This document shows, one piece after another, positions 19,130-27,494 of a DNA stretch of 62,830 nucleotides. Origin of the DNA: Candidatus Omnitrophota bacterium (GTDB taxonomy: Bacteria; Omnitrophota; Gorgyraeia; Zapsychrales; Zapsychraceae); assembly GCA_015233115.1 (NCBI GenBank), contig JADFYJ010000004.1, positions 1-62,830 of the forward strand, read 5' to 3'. Below the pieces are notes generated by a model, which ran no database searches, was not told the DNA's origin, and was given only the letters and a program-made list of their open reading frames with translations. Position 1 is the stretch's first letter. Each line of letters begins with the position of its first letter. A program made the position numbers and the translations under genes.

Positions 19130-19243
19130 GTTTGAAGATGTACATGAAAAATTGGGAAGTTTTTGGGGTTCAGTTTTTTACTTTGTTACTCGGTTACTCG
19201 GTTACTTTGTCACTTTAAAATAAAATAGATAAAGGATAATATT

Positions 19244-19897
19244 ATGTATCAACAAGTTAAACGTGAATGGTTGGAGCAGTTTGCTGATCCCGTGATCGCG
19301 AAACGTAATTGGCAGATTATAGCTGGTGTTTTGGGTGTGGTCGCGATTGTGCTATCGGTCAGTAATTACACGTTAGTCCATAAAGCGCAGGTGATTCCTT
19401 ATATAGTCGAAGTGGATCATTTAGGCCGGGCCCAGTTTGTAGAAAAGATCCAAGCTTCGAATACGTTTGATGAATCGGTGATCCGCGCGTTTTTGTATCG
19501 TTTTATTGATCAGTCCCGGTCTGTGATTACAGATGATCTGGTCATGAAAAAAAACTTTTCTGAAGTGTATAGTGTCTCGAGTTTGGATGTGCAAAATAAT
19601 TTTTTAAACGCGTATTATAAAGATCATGATCCGTTTAAGGCTGGACAGGAATTTACGACCCAAATTACGCCGTTGACGTTTTTAAAACAGTCAGAAAAGT
19701 CTTTTTTAATGGAGTGGAAAGAAGTTCGCCGGGATTTAGCCGGAAAAATTGTGCGGCAGGAACAATGGCAGGCATTGTTCGAAATAACAATTATTCCTCC
19801 GAAAGATACGCGGGTGTTAGAGGAAAATCCGTTAAACCCGTTAGGCATATTTATTACCCGTTTATCCTGGTCGCAAATTGATAATGGAACAACATAG
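19244..19897 (+). CDS. trbF: T4SS protein TrbF/VirB8
   Basis: 217 aa with an N-terminal TM. REWLEQFADPVIAKRNWQ...VIPYIVEVDHLGRA is the TrbF/VirB8 pattern. Confidence 0.75.
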   Translation: MYQQVKREWLEQFADPVIAKRNWQIIAGVLGVVAIVLSVSNYTLVHKAQVIPYIVEVDHLGRAQFVEKIQASNTFDESVIRAFLYRFIDQSRSVITDDLVMKKNFSEVYSVSSLDVQNNFLNAYYKDHDPFKAGQEFTTQITPLTFLKQSEKSFLMEWKEVRRDLAGKIVRQEQWQALFEITIIPPKDTRVLEENPLNPLGIFITRLSWSQIDNGTT

Positions 19898-19909
19898 TGG
19901 GAGATTGGT

Positions 19910-20797
19910 ATGAACATAATATTTTACTGTATGAGTTTAGTTTTTTTATGCGGAGTGGGGTACGCGGATGTTACGACGGCAGCCGAATCCGGTAACGACG
20001 ACGCTGGATTTGAAGACATCACCCTGCAAACCAAACCGATTAAATTGAAGTTGGATAATTCAGCAACCATTGGGTCTCCTGAAAGCCTTCCAGAGAGCAA
20101 TAGCCGGAGTGAAACGATTGTGACTGCGGATAACATGGTGAAATTTCCTTACGGCTTATCCCAGCCAAAGTTGATCTGCGGAAAAATGCGGGCTTGTATG
20201 ATTGAGCTGGCAGAAGGAGAAGAAATTTTGGACGCGTCACCAGGAGATACGGAACGCTGGACCTATAAGGTTTCATACCAGGTCACCAATGACGCTTCCC
20301 GGCCAGTCATTACAGTAAAACCGTTTTTCGGAAATAATATTGAAACAAACATTGTGATTGTCACCAATAAACGAATTTATGATGTTCAGCTCAAATCGAT
20401 TGACAGCGGTGATTATACGCCGCGCATTGGGTTTTATTACCCTGAACAGAATGCGTCTGTCCTATTGCCCCATAAAGAGCATAAAGACCAAACAGATAGC
20501 TCGTCGATAAAAGTGGAACAAATGAATTTTGATTATCGGCTCATGGGGAATAAAAAATTAGAATGGTTTCCAGTTATGGTGTTTGATGATGGTAAAAAAG
20601 TTTATATTAAAATGAGCGAGCGGGTTAAATATATGGAATTGCCAGTGTTTGTCGGCGTCACCGAAAAAGGGGTTAAAGAAATAGTTAATTACCGTTACCG
20701 GGAACCTTTTATGATTATCGATAAGATTTTTAATGAAGGGATGTTGATTTTAAACAATGACAATCAAAAAATCGTGAAAATATCGCGGAGCAAGTGA
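19910..20797 (+). CDS. trbG: T4SS outer-membrane core protein TrbG/VirB9
   Basis: Signal peptide. VirB9/CagX-type pattern (MIELAEGEEILDASPGDTERW...VITVKP...TNIVIVTNKRIYDVQL). Confidence 0.8.
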   Translation: MNIIFYCMSLVFLCGVGYADVTTAAESGNDDAGFEDITLQTKPIKLKLDNSATIGSPESLPESNSRSETIVTADNMVKFPYGLSQPKLICGKMRACMIELAEGEEILDASPGDTERWTYKVSYQVTNDASRPVITVKPFFGNNIETNIVIVTNKRIYDVQLKSIDSGDYTPRIGFYYPEQNASVLLPHKEHKDQTDSSSIKVEQMNFDYRLMGNKKLEWFPVMVFDDGKKVYIKMSERVKYMELPVFVGVTEKGVKEIVNYRYREPFMIIDKIFNEGMLILNNDNQKIVKISRSK

Positions 20798-20800
20798 AAT

Positions 20801-21994
20801 ATGGATGATTCCAGTCAAAAATCTTCGAAAATTTCTTTCCAGATTTTACCCCGCGGTATCGTGAGTTATGGCAAGTTGCCTTTGATTATTTTTTTTATCG
20901 CGTTTGCGGGGTTGATGTTGTATTTGATCTTTAGCTCTGAACATCAAAAGAAAAGCGGGGGCTTAAAAACGGCAGGAAAGACAGTGTCAGCGAAGAATGT
21001 TGAAGTAAAACAGCTAGATAAACAGAGTTGGTTTAAAGACGCTCAAATCAATAAAAATAAACTCGCGGAAAATTTGCATAAAGACCGCCGCGCAGATAAA
21101 GTGGCGGTGAAAATTTTGTCTGAGCAAGAAATTAAATTGCGTAAAGCTGTGAGGGAAGAAGAGTTTGCGACCAAAGTTAAAATTCAAAAAATGAGAGAAC
21201 AAGCTGTTGCGGATTTTGAGTCCACAACTGCAGCTGCGGCCAAATCGCCCATGACAATAGATATTAAGAAACCACGAGATTTTCAGCCTAGCCAAAAATT
21301 AACCGCAGTTGGGTCTAAAATATTGAATGACGTGAAGGATCAGGTAACGGACAATAGACAAGAAAATTTTTTGAAAGGCAGCGGAGAGATAGGAGAATAT
21401 TTGCCGTATTTAAAACAAAAACCCTTGTCCGAATATGAATTAAAAGCCGGTGCTGTCATACCTATCGCCATGATCACGGGAATAAATTCGGATTTGCCTG
21501 GAGATATTACGGCCTTAGTTACAGAAAATGTATACGACACTGTGACCGGCCAATATTTGTTGATACCTCAAGGCTGTCGCTTGGTTGGGACTTATGACAG
21601 CCAGTTATCCTACGGACAAAATCGGGTTTTGGTCGTCTGGCTCAGACTACAATTTCCGAATGGCTCGACTATTAATTTGGATCGGATGCAAGGCGTGGAT
21701 GTCAGCGGGTATGCAGGTTTAAAAGACAAAGCGAACAATCATTATTTGCGAATTTATGGCAGTGCCTTGTTAATGAGCATGGTGGGAACGTCCTATGCGA
21801 TATTGGAGCCCCGCCGTAAGAACGGGTCGGTTTCTGATGACGCGGCAGGCAAGGTTGGACAACAGTTGGGCGATGTATTCACGCAGCAAACTCAAAAAAA
21901 TTTAGATATCCGTCCGACAGTAGAAATACGGCCAGGAACTAAATCTAAAGTGATGGTGATGAAAGACATGATCCTGGAGCCGTATGAGATATGA
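20801..21994 (+). CDS. trbI: T4SS core protein TrbI/VirB10
   Basis: N-terminal TM, K/E-rich linker, C-terminal TrbI domain (GAVIPIAMITGINSDLPG...VDVSGYAGLKDKANNH). Confidence 0.8.
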   Translation: MDDSSQKSSKISFQILPRGIVSYGKLPLIIFFIAFAGLMLYLIFSSEHQKKSGGLKTAGKTVSAKNVEVKQLDKQSWFKDAQINKNKLAENLHKDRRADKVAVKILSEQEIKLRKAVREEEFATKVKIQKMREQAVADFESTTAAAAKSPMTIDIKKPRDFQPSQKLTAVGSKILNDVKDQVTDNRQENFLKGSGEIGEYLPYLKQKPLSEYELKAGAVIPIAMITGINSDLPGDITALVTENVYDTVTGQYLLIPQGCRLVGTYDSQLSYGQNRVLVVWLRLQFPNGSTINLDRMQGVDVSGYAGLKDKANNHYLRIYGSALLMSMVGTSYAILEPRRKNGSVSDDAAGKVGQQLGDVFTQQTQKNLDIRPTVEIRPGTKSKVMVMKDMILEPYEI

Positions 21995-22965
21995 TCCAGC
22001 ATCAACGCATTAATGAAAAGATTAGTTACGATCTTGGTGAAGAAATCTTTGGAGCGATCCGTGATCCACAAGTCATTGAGATCATGCTGAATGAAGATTC
22101 GCAAGTATGGATTGATACTTATACCGGCATGAGGAAATTTTGTGAATTGTCGCCGGAAAAGGCAAAAAATTTTATCAATACCATTGCCAGCATTAATGAA
22201 ACTGAAGTCAATAAAGATTGTCCTAATTTATCCACAGAGATTCGTTTTAAATTGGAAGACGGGTATCAAGTGTGCCGTTTTCAGGCATTGGTTCCGCCTG
22301 TGGTTTCTTATCCAGTTTTTTCCATCCGTAAACCAGCCCGTAAGGTTATTACTTTACAAAAATATTGTCAGGACCAAGTGATCACGTTGGAACAGTACCA
22401 AGCCATAGTGAAGGCCGTTGAGGCACGTAAGTCAATCTTAGTGGCAGGGTCAACCGGCAGCGGGAAAACTACGCTGTGTAACGCGATTCTTGATCAAATC
22501 GCTCAAACTTTTCCTGAAGACCGTATAGCTATAATCGAAGACACATTAGAGCTGCAATGTAATGTTAAAAATAGAGTTTCATTAAAGACCTCGGATAATC
22601 GTAGTATGGATGATTTGTTGCGGTATTGCATGCGGCTGCGTCCAGACCGAATTATCGTCGGTGAAGTAAGAGGAAAAGAGGCGCATACTTTGATTAAAGC
22701 CTTGAACACCGGACATCCTGGCGGATTATCGACGATCCACGCTAATAACGCCGCGCGGGCATTGATGCGGCTGGAGCAATTGATTTTGGAAGCGAATGTT
22801 GCGCCGGTTCCGGATACGATCGCGGAAGCCATTAATATGGTGGTGAATATTACGCGGTCCAATAAAAATTCTGCGGGTCGATTGGTCAATGAGATTCTGG
22901 AAGTGAAAGCGTTCGATAAAAAAGAAGGGCAGTATGTTTTGGAACCTGTGATAAGGAGCAGATAA
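21991..22965 (+). CDS. trbB: T4SS ATPase TrbB/VirB11
   Basis: Walker A GSTGSGKTT, Asp box IEDTLEL, Walker B RIIVGEVRG, His box TGHPGGLSTIHAN. Confidence 0.85.
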   Translation: MIQHQRINEKISYDLGEEIFGAIRDPQVIEIMLNEDSQVWIDTYTGMRKFCELSPEKAKNFINTIASINETEVNKDCPNLSTEIRFKLEDGYQVCRFQALVPPVVSYPVFSIRKPARKVITLQKYCQDQVITLEQYQAIVKAVEARKSILVAGSTGSGKTTLCNAILDQIAQTFPEDRIAIIEDTLELQCNVKNRVSLKTSDNRSMDDLLRYCMRLRPDRIIVGEVRGKEAHTLIKALNTGHPGGLSTIHANNAARALMRLEQLILEANVAPVPDTIAEAINMVVNITRSNKNSAGRLVNEILEVKAFDKKEGQYVLEPVIRSR

Positions 22966-23486
22966 TGAAAAGAGTTAGCAGAGACATTAAAGGTGTGGAT
23001 GTTGAGGTCATTGAAACTATGATTTATATATTACGCGGGCAGAAGGTCATGCTTGATTCGGATTTAGCAATGTTGTATGGGGTAGAGACCAAAGTTCTTA
23101 TACAATCCGTTAAGAGAAATATCGATAGGTTTCCAGAAGATTTTATGTTTTTGTTGACGGAAAAAGAATTTAAAATCTTGAGGTCACAATTTGTGACCTC
23201 AAGTTGGGGCGGCCGAAGAAATCTACCAGTTGTTTTTACCGAGCAGGGCGTTGCTATGCTCTCCAGTATTTTAAACAGCAAACGCGCTATTCACGTTAAT
23301 ATCTCCATCATGCGGACATTTACCAAAATCCGGCAAATGATGTCAACACACAAAGAGCTGAGGCAAAAGATCGAGGAGTTGGAAAAGAAGTATGACAAAC
23401 AGTTTCACGTTGTGTTTGCGGCCTTAAAAAAGATTTTTGTGCCGGAAGATAAACCTAAACTTAAAATTGGTTTTTCGCAGAAATAA
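22965..23486 (+). CDS. ORF6N domain protein (KilA-N-like DNA-binding), full length
   Basis: VMLDSDLAMLYGVETKVLIQSVKRNIDRFPEDFMFLLT...WGGRRNLPVVFTEQGVAMLSSILNSKRA is the ORF6N signature. C-terminal coiled coil. Confidence 0.8.
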   Translation: MKRVSRDIKGVDVEVIETMIYILRGQKVMLDSDLAMLYGVETKVLIQSVKRNIDRFPEDFMFLLTEKEFKILRSQFVTSSWGGRRNLPVVFTEQGVAMLSSILNSKRAIHVNISIMRTFTKIRQMMSTHKELRQKIEELEKKYDKQFHVVFAALKKIFVPEDKPKLKIGFSQK

Positions 23487-23520
23487 CGTAGTAATCACAA
23501 AAATTAGTGGAAGTTTTATA

Positions 23521-24009
23521 ATGTTCAAAAAATTTTTTTGGTTTACGGTCATTGTGCTGAGTTTGTTCGGTTGGTTAAAATGGAATGGTTATTACGTGAG
23601 TTGTTTGTCTGATAGTTTACCCCCCGGAGTTTATAAGCGGATTTCAAAATTACCTTCCGTCGGAGATTATGCCGCTTTTCAGCTAGACCCCGCGTTAATC
23701 CGCTATGGCCTTAAGCGTGGATATCTTAAACCTCATGTGTTACTCATGAAAAAAATATTTGCCGAGCAGGGAGACGGCATTGAGCGCAAAAATAATCAAA
23801 TTCAGGTCGATGGCCGGGTGATTGATCGCGTTTTGATCGCGCCGCAGGATTCCCAACACCGTTCTCTGGATATTTTTTATCCTAAAAAAATAATTTTAAA
23901 GCCAGGCGAATATTGGATGATGTCGGATTATAATCCGCGCAGTTGGGATTCTAGATATTTTGGGGCCGTGACGATAAAATTTATTTTAAGACCCATTTGG
24001 ATCTGGTGA
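23521..24009 (+). CDS. traF: S26-family conjugative signal peptidase TraF (TrbC-pilin maturation type)
   Basis: ATG 23521 with an N-terminal TM. The SDSLPPGVY and SWDSRYFG motifs are typical of TraF/LepB-like peptidases. Confidence 0.7.
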   Translation: MFKKFFWFTVIVLSLFGWLKWNGYYVSCLSDSLPPGVYKRISKLPSVGDYAAFQLDPALIRYGLKRGYLKPHVLLMKKIFAEQGDGIERKNNQIQVDGRVIDRVLIAPQDSQHRSLDIFYPKKIILKPGEYWMMSDYNPRSWDSRYFGAVTIKFILRPIWIW

Positions 24010-24087
24010 AAAAATATTAAAAAATGGCCAGCCGAAGGCGCGCGATTGTGTTAATATGCGTATATATAAAAATATTGGAGATCTGAT

Positions 24088-24525
24088 ATGCGAAAAATTT
24101 TATTAGCGTTATTGGGTTTGTTTCTCATGGGCTGTGCGCCTACTGCGCGGCTGTATGAACCGATGAGCTTAAATACGACATCTCAAGACACAGGATTCAA
24201 GTTTGAGTGTGTGCGGTTTTTAGGCCAGACGGAAGTGGTGGGTCATATAATCAAGGTGGATGATCAGGAATTTCCGGTAGATGCCATGGCGACATTACGG
24301 GTGTTTGTCAATCCGGGCTATCATACTGTCAGGATTTCATCAACGGCGGAGAAGATTAAAAAGCAGGATGATTTTGGGGAAGAGCAAAAAATTTCCACGC
24401 GGTCGTATTATGTCTACGGCAATCCAGTAGAGTTTAAAATATATTTGAAAGGAGGAGATTTTAAAACAGTCGATTACAAGTCTCCTTTTTGGTCGAATAT
24501 GGCAGGTCATATGGAAATAAAATAA
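24088..24525 (+). CDS. Lipoprotein, unknown function
   Basis: Signal peptide plus lipobox LFLMGC. Confidence 0.5.
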   Translation: MRKILLALLGLFLMGCAPTARLYEPMSLNTTSQDTGFKFECVRFLGQTEVVGHIIKVDDQEFPVDAMATLRVFVNPGYHTVRISSTAEKIKKQDDFGEEQKISTRSYYVYGNPVEFKIYLKGGDFKTVDYKSPFWSNMAGHMEIK

Positions 24526-24575
24526 TGGAACCGTTGGACCACCGCGTCGGTGGACCATCGGTCCAGCTTTAGGGC

Positions 24576-24604
24576 TTGACAAAAGGTATTTCGGGTTTTA
24601 TAAT
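24576..24604 (+). promoter_or_regulatory. Consensus sigma70 promoter upstream of the amtB leader
   Basis: TTGACA (24576-24581), exactly 17 nt, TATAAT (24599-24604). Confidence 0.7.
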
Positions 24605-24656
24605 TAACACAGATTTGAAAGCATTGTAGCTTTCGATAATAAATTTGAAGACAATG

Positions 24657-24700
24657 AAGTCCTTCTTTGGCCGGCGACGGCTGGGGAAGGACTTTTTTTT
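24657..24700 (+). terminator. Intrinsic terminator/attenuator inside the amtB leader
   Basis: AAGTCCTTC...GAAGGACTT stem enclosing GCCG-GCGA-CGGC, followed by T8. Confidence 0.65.
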
Positions 24701-24707
24701 GCGATCC

Positions 24708-24766
24708 GCGACCGAGGACGCAATGTCCGAAGTAGTGCAGAGAGCTCCTGCGAACAGTGCGGTCGC
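24708..24766 (+). ncRNA. Copy of the recurring GACCRAGGACGNAATGTCC...GAGCTCC motif (amtB leader copy, closed by a 7-bp helix)
   Basis: GCGACCG...CGGTCGC closing helix, GGAC-GCAAT-GTCC hairpin, then the second conserved arm. Homologous copies at 29537 and 49608/49658. Confidence 0.5.
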
Positions 24767-24806
24767 AAGGGGAAAAAGTAGACCAACATTAACTAAGGAG
24801 GAAGAC

Positions 24807-26153
24807 ATGAGAAGGTTTTTAAAGGGGAGCGCGCTCACCTTGCTTTGCGCTTTTGGCGTTTTGTGGGCGAAAAGTGCTGGAGCACAGGCTGCAGCAGCGG
24901 CTCCGGTTTCAGATACCGGGATCACCGCATGGATGTTAACATCCACCGCATTAGTGCTTTTAATGGTGCCAGGCTTGGCTTTATTTTATGGCGGCCTCGT
25001 TAGGGCAAAAAATGTTTTGTCATCCATGATGCACAGTTTTGCCGCTATGGCCCTTATTGGGGTATTATGGGCTGTTTGCGGGTATTCCTTAAGTTTTGGG
25101 CCGGGCATATTAGGCGGATGGATTGGCTGGGATCCAAAATTATTTTGTCTTCTTGGTATCGACGAAAAAATTATGTCTGCCGGAACCCCGGAATATGTTT
25201 TCGCGATGTTTCAAGGGAAGTTCGCGATTATCACTCCGGCTTTGATCGCGGGTGCATTCGCGGAACGCATCAAATTTAAAACTTATTGTGTCTTTATTGT
25301 TTTATGGAGCATTTTGGTCTATTCCCCCTTATGTCATTGGGTATGGGCCGCAGATGGTTTCCTTTTCAAATTAGGCGCAAAGGGTGCTATTGATTTCGCT
25401 GGCGGTACAGTGGTTCATATTTCTTCAGGTGTCAGCGCTTTGGTTTTGGCTTTATTCATCGGACGCCGCCGCGGATATCCTAAGACCGCTATGCATCCGA
25501 ATAATTTAACCATGACTTTGTTAGGCGCAGGATTGTTATGGGTAGGCTGGTTTGGTTTTAACGCCGGTTCTGCTGTTAACAGCAATTTAGACAGCGCTCG
25601 CGCTTTAACAGTCACTCAGGTAGCCGCCGCAGCCGGTGCCATTATGTGGATGCTGCTTGAAGCTTTCCATCATAAGAAGGCAACCTCCTTGGGTATGGGC
25701 AGTGGTATTTTAGCTGGTTTAGTTGCGATTACACCTGCTGCTGGGGTTGTTAAAGTTCCAGGAGCTTTAGCGTTAGGCTGTATTGCGTCGATCATTTGTT
25801 ATTTAGCTATTCAAATTAAGGCTAAGGTAGGATATGATGATTCTCTGGATGTATTTGGTGTTCACGGCGTTGGTGGTATAACTGGCGCATTGTGTTTAAC
25901 TTTCTTCATCCGTGAGACGTGGTGGGCTGACGCTGCCAAAGCGGCAGGCGGAAGCTGGACAGTTGGACAGCAATTTGCGGTTCAAGCCACAGCTGTAGGT
26001 TGTACTATTCTTTACGCGGCAGTTGTGACACTTATCTTGGCTTTTATATTGGATAAAACACTTGGGTTGCGTGCATCTGTCAAAGATGAAGTGACAGGGT
26101 TAGATCAGAGTATGCATGGCGAACAAGGGTATGGCATGCTAAATTTGAACTAA
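24807..26153 (+). CDS. amtB: Ammonium transporter AmtB
   Basis: AAGGAGG RBS before ATG 24807, signal peptide. Amt signatures (DFAGGTVVHISSG, GVHGVGGITG) and about 11 TM segments. The upstream TTG extension in the track crosses a terminator and is unlikely. Confidence 0.9.
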   Translation: MRRFLKGSALTLLCAFGVLWAKSAGAQAAAAAPVSDTGITAWMLTSTALVLLMVPGLALFYGGLVRAKNVLSSMMHSFAAMALIGVLWAVCGYSLSFGPGILGGWIGWDPKLFCLLGIDEKIMSAGTPEYVFAMFQGKFAIITPALIAGAFAERIKFKTYCVFIVLWSILVYSPLCHWVWAADGFLFKLGAKGAIDFAGGTVVHISSGVSALVLALFIGRRRGYPKTAMHPNNLTMTLLGAGLLWVGWFGFNAGSAVNSNLDSARALTVTQVAAAAGAIMWMLLEAFHHKKATSLGMGSGILAGLVAITPAAGVVKVPGALALGCIASIICYLAIQIKAKVGYDDSLDVFGVHGVGGITGALCLTFFIRETWWADAAKAAGGSWTVGQQFAVQATAVGCTILYAAVVTLILAFILDKTLGLRASVKDEVTGLDQSMHGEQGYGMLNLN

Positions 26154-26188
26154 AGATTTTATTCCAATAAAGAGGATAGGAGATAAAT

Positions 26189-26530
26189 ATGAAATTAATT
26201 ACAGCAATTATACAACCGGATAAACTAGATGAAGTGCGTGAGGCTCTGATCGCGAAACAGATTGGACGCGTCACAGTCAGCCGTGTTTCCGGGCGCGGAC
26301 AATCGATTGAAGAACAAATCTACCGGGGGCAGGATGTCGGGTTGGATTTGATTTCTAAAATTCGTATTGATATCGCGTGTGATGAAAAAATGGTGGAAGT
26401 GATTTGTGAAACCATTATGAAGGCCGCACGGCATGAAGACGGCAAAATAGGCGACGGAAAAATTTTCGTAACGCCGCTGGATGAATGTATCCGTATTCGT
26501 ACGGGTGAAAGAGGAATGAGGGCGCTTTAA
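26189..26530 (+). CDS. glnK: P-II nitrogen regulatory protein
   Basis: MKLITAIIQPDKLDEVREAL..., T-loop with YRG, GDGKIFV, RIRTGE. Adjacent to amtB. Confidence 0.9.
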   Translation: MKLITAIIQPDKLDEVREALIAKQIGRVTVSRVSGRGQSIEEQIYRGQDVGLDLISKIRIDIACDEKMVEVICETIMKAARHEDGKIGDGKIFVTPLDECIRIRTGERGMRAL

Positions 26531-26533
26531 AAG

Positions 26534-26698
26534 CAGTATGTGGTACGTGGTATGTGGTATGTAGAAAAAAAAGAACAGGTAAGAAAAATTTAAAAGCAAG
26601 AAATGCATGATCATAAATAATTATTTAATTTTATGATATATTGTGCGTAAGATTTTCATTAATTTTTGCTACATACCACATACTACGCACGACATACG
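26534..26698. repeat. Long inverted element with GTATGTGG-word arms (family A, copy 1)
   Basis: Left arm CAGTATGTGGTACGTGGTATGTGGTATGTAG, right arm CTACATACCACATACTACGCACGACATACG, AT-rich core of about 100 nt with inner hairpins. Confidence 0.7.
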
Positions 26699-26706
26699 AT
26701 TTTATT

Positions 26707-27405
26707 ATGAGCAAATTATACTTGATTCCCAGCAGTTTGGTTGATGACGATGTTTCCGCATTGCCTCAATATGTGATCGAGGCGGTGCGGAACCTTCGTT
26801 GTTTTATGGTGGAAGACGAAAAAACTGTCCGCCGTTTTTTACGGAAACTTTTACCGGATTTTCCCCTGCAGGAATGTGAATGGTTTAATTTGAATGAACA
26901 TACGGACCGGATTGAAACCCAGAAATTTTTTGAAGCATCGTGCCATAAAGATATTGGCATTATTTCTGAAGCCGGCTGTCCGTGCGTGGCAGATCCAGGC
27001 GCGGATGTTGTTTTATCCGCCCATAAGAAAGGTATTGATGTTGTGCCTTTGGTCGGACCGTCATCGATTTTGCTGGCATTAATGGCTTCAGGCTTGGGCG
27101 GACAAAATTTCGCGTTTGTTGGGTATTTGCCAAAAGATAAGGCAGAACGGGCGCGTATGATGAAAATGCTGGAAAAACGCTCTGCCGCAGAAAAGCAAAC
27201 GCAGATATTCATGGAAACGCCTTATCGCAATTTGAGTTTGTTTCAGGAAATTGTGGCAACTTTCGCGCCGAGTACAATGCTGTGCGTGGCCGCTAATTTA
27301 ACGTCTCCTGATCAATACATTAAGACCCAAAATATTCACGCGTGGAAAAAATTTCAGCCTCCTATTGATAAGAAACCCGCGTTATTTTTGATATTTGCAT
27401 TTTAG
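26707..27405 (+). CDS. SAM-dependent methyltransferase, tetrapyrrole-methylase superfamily (RsmI/YraL-like)
   Basis: ATG 26707 (MSKLYLIPSSL...). VEDEKTVRRFLRKL and ISEAGCPCVADPG match the family pattern. Confidence 0.6.
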   Translation: MSKLYLIPSSLVDDDVSALPQYVIEAVRNLRCFMVEDEKTVRRFLRKLLPDFPLQECEWFNLNEHTDRIETQKFFEASCHKDIGIISEAGCPCVADPGADVVLSAHKKGIDVVPLVGPSSILLALMASGLGGQNFAFVGYLPKDKAERARMMKMLEKRSAAEKQTQIFMETPYRNLSLFQEIVATFAPSTMLCVAANLTSPDQYIKTQNIHAWKKFQPPIDKKPALFLIFAF

Positions 27406-27423
27406 CTGTAAAACATGTATAGT
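27395..27423 (+). promoter_or_regulatory. Sigma70-like promoter overlapping the methyltransferase stop codon
   Basis: TTGCAT (27395-27400), 17 nt, TATAGT (27418-27423). Confidence 0.45.
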
Positions 27424-27494
27424 AATTATAGCTTTCTAAGAGCAAGGATTTGCTGAGCTCAAGGATTGGAAAAATTTTAAGTATAAAAAATTTC

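Noticed and set aside
19137-19217. 26-codon hydrophobic ORF (MYMKNWEVFGVQFFTLLLGYSVTLSL) as a TrbK/VirB7-like peptide between trbL and trbF
   Set aside because: It has no lipobox and no RBS. Most of it is encoded by the GTTACTCGGTTACTCGG word repeat, so it is more likely non-coding.
82-24525. Calling the left 24 kb an integrative conjugative element
   Set aside because: No integrase, relaxase, coupling protein, tRNA target or direct-repeat boundaries are visible in the window. Host-type intergenic repeats occur inside the cluster. Mobile ancestry is possible, but it cannot be delimited or shown here.
24708-24766. Possible glutamine (glnA-type) riboswitch in the amtB leader, because of CGAAGTAG
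   Set aside because: The conserved glnA-motif segments (CGUUCA..., GGACGGAAGUAGG, CGAAGGAACG) are not present. The AAGTAG portion is not conserved in the other three copies of the motif (GCGTAG and GCATAG).
24645-24806. TTG-initiated 54-codon N-terminal extension of amtB given by the track
   Set aside because: The extension crosses an intrinsic terminator and the structured motif. A strong AAGGAGG RBS and a proper signal peptide begin at ATG 24807.
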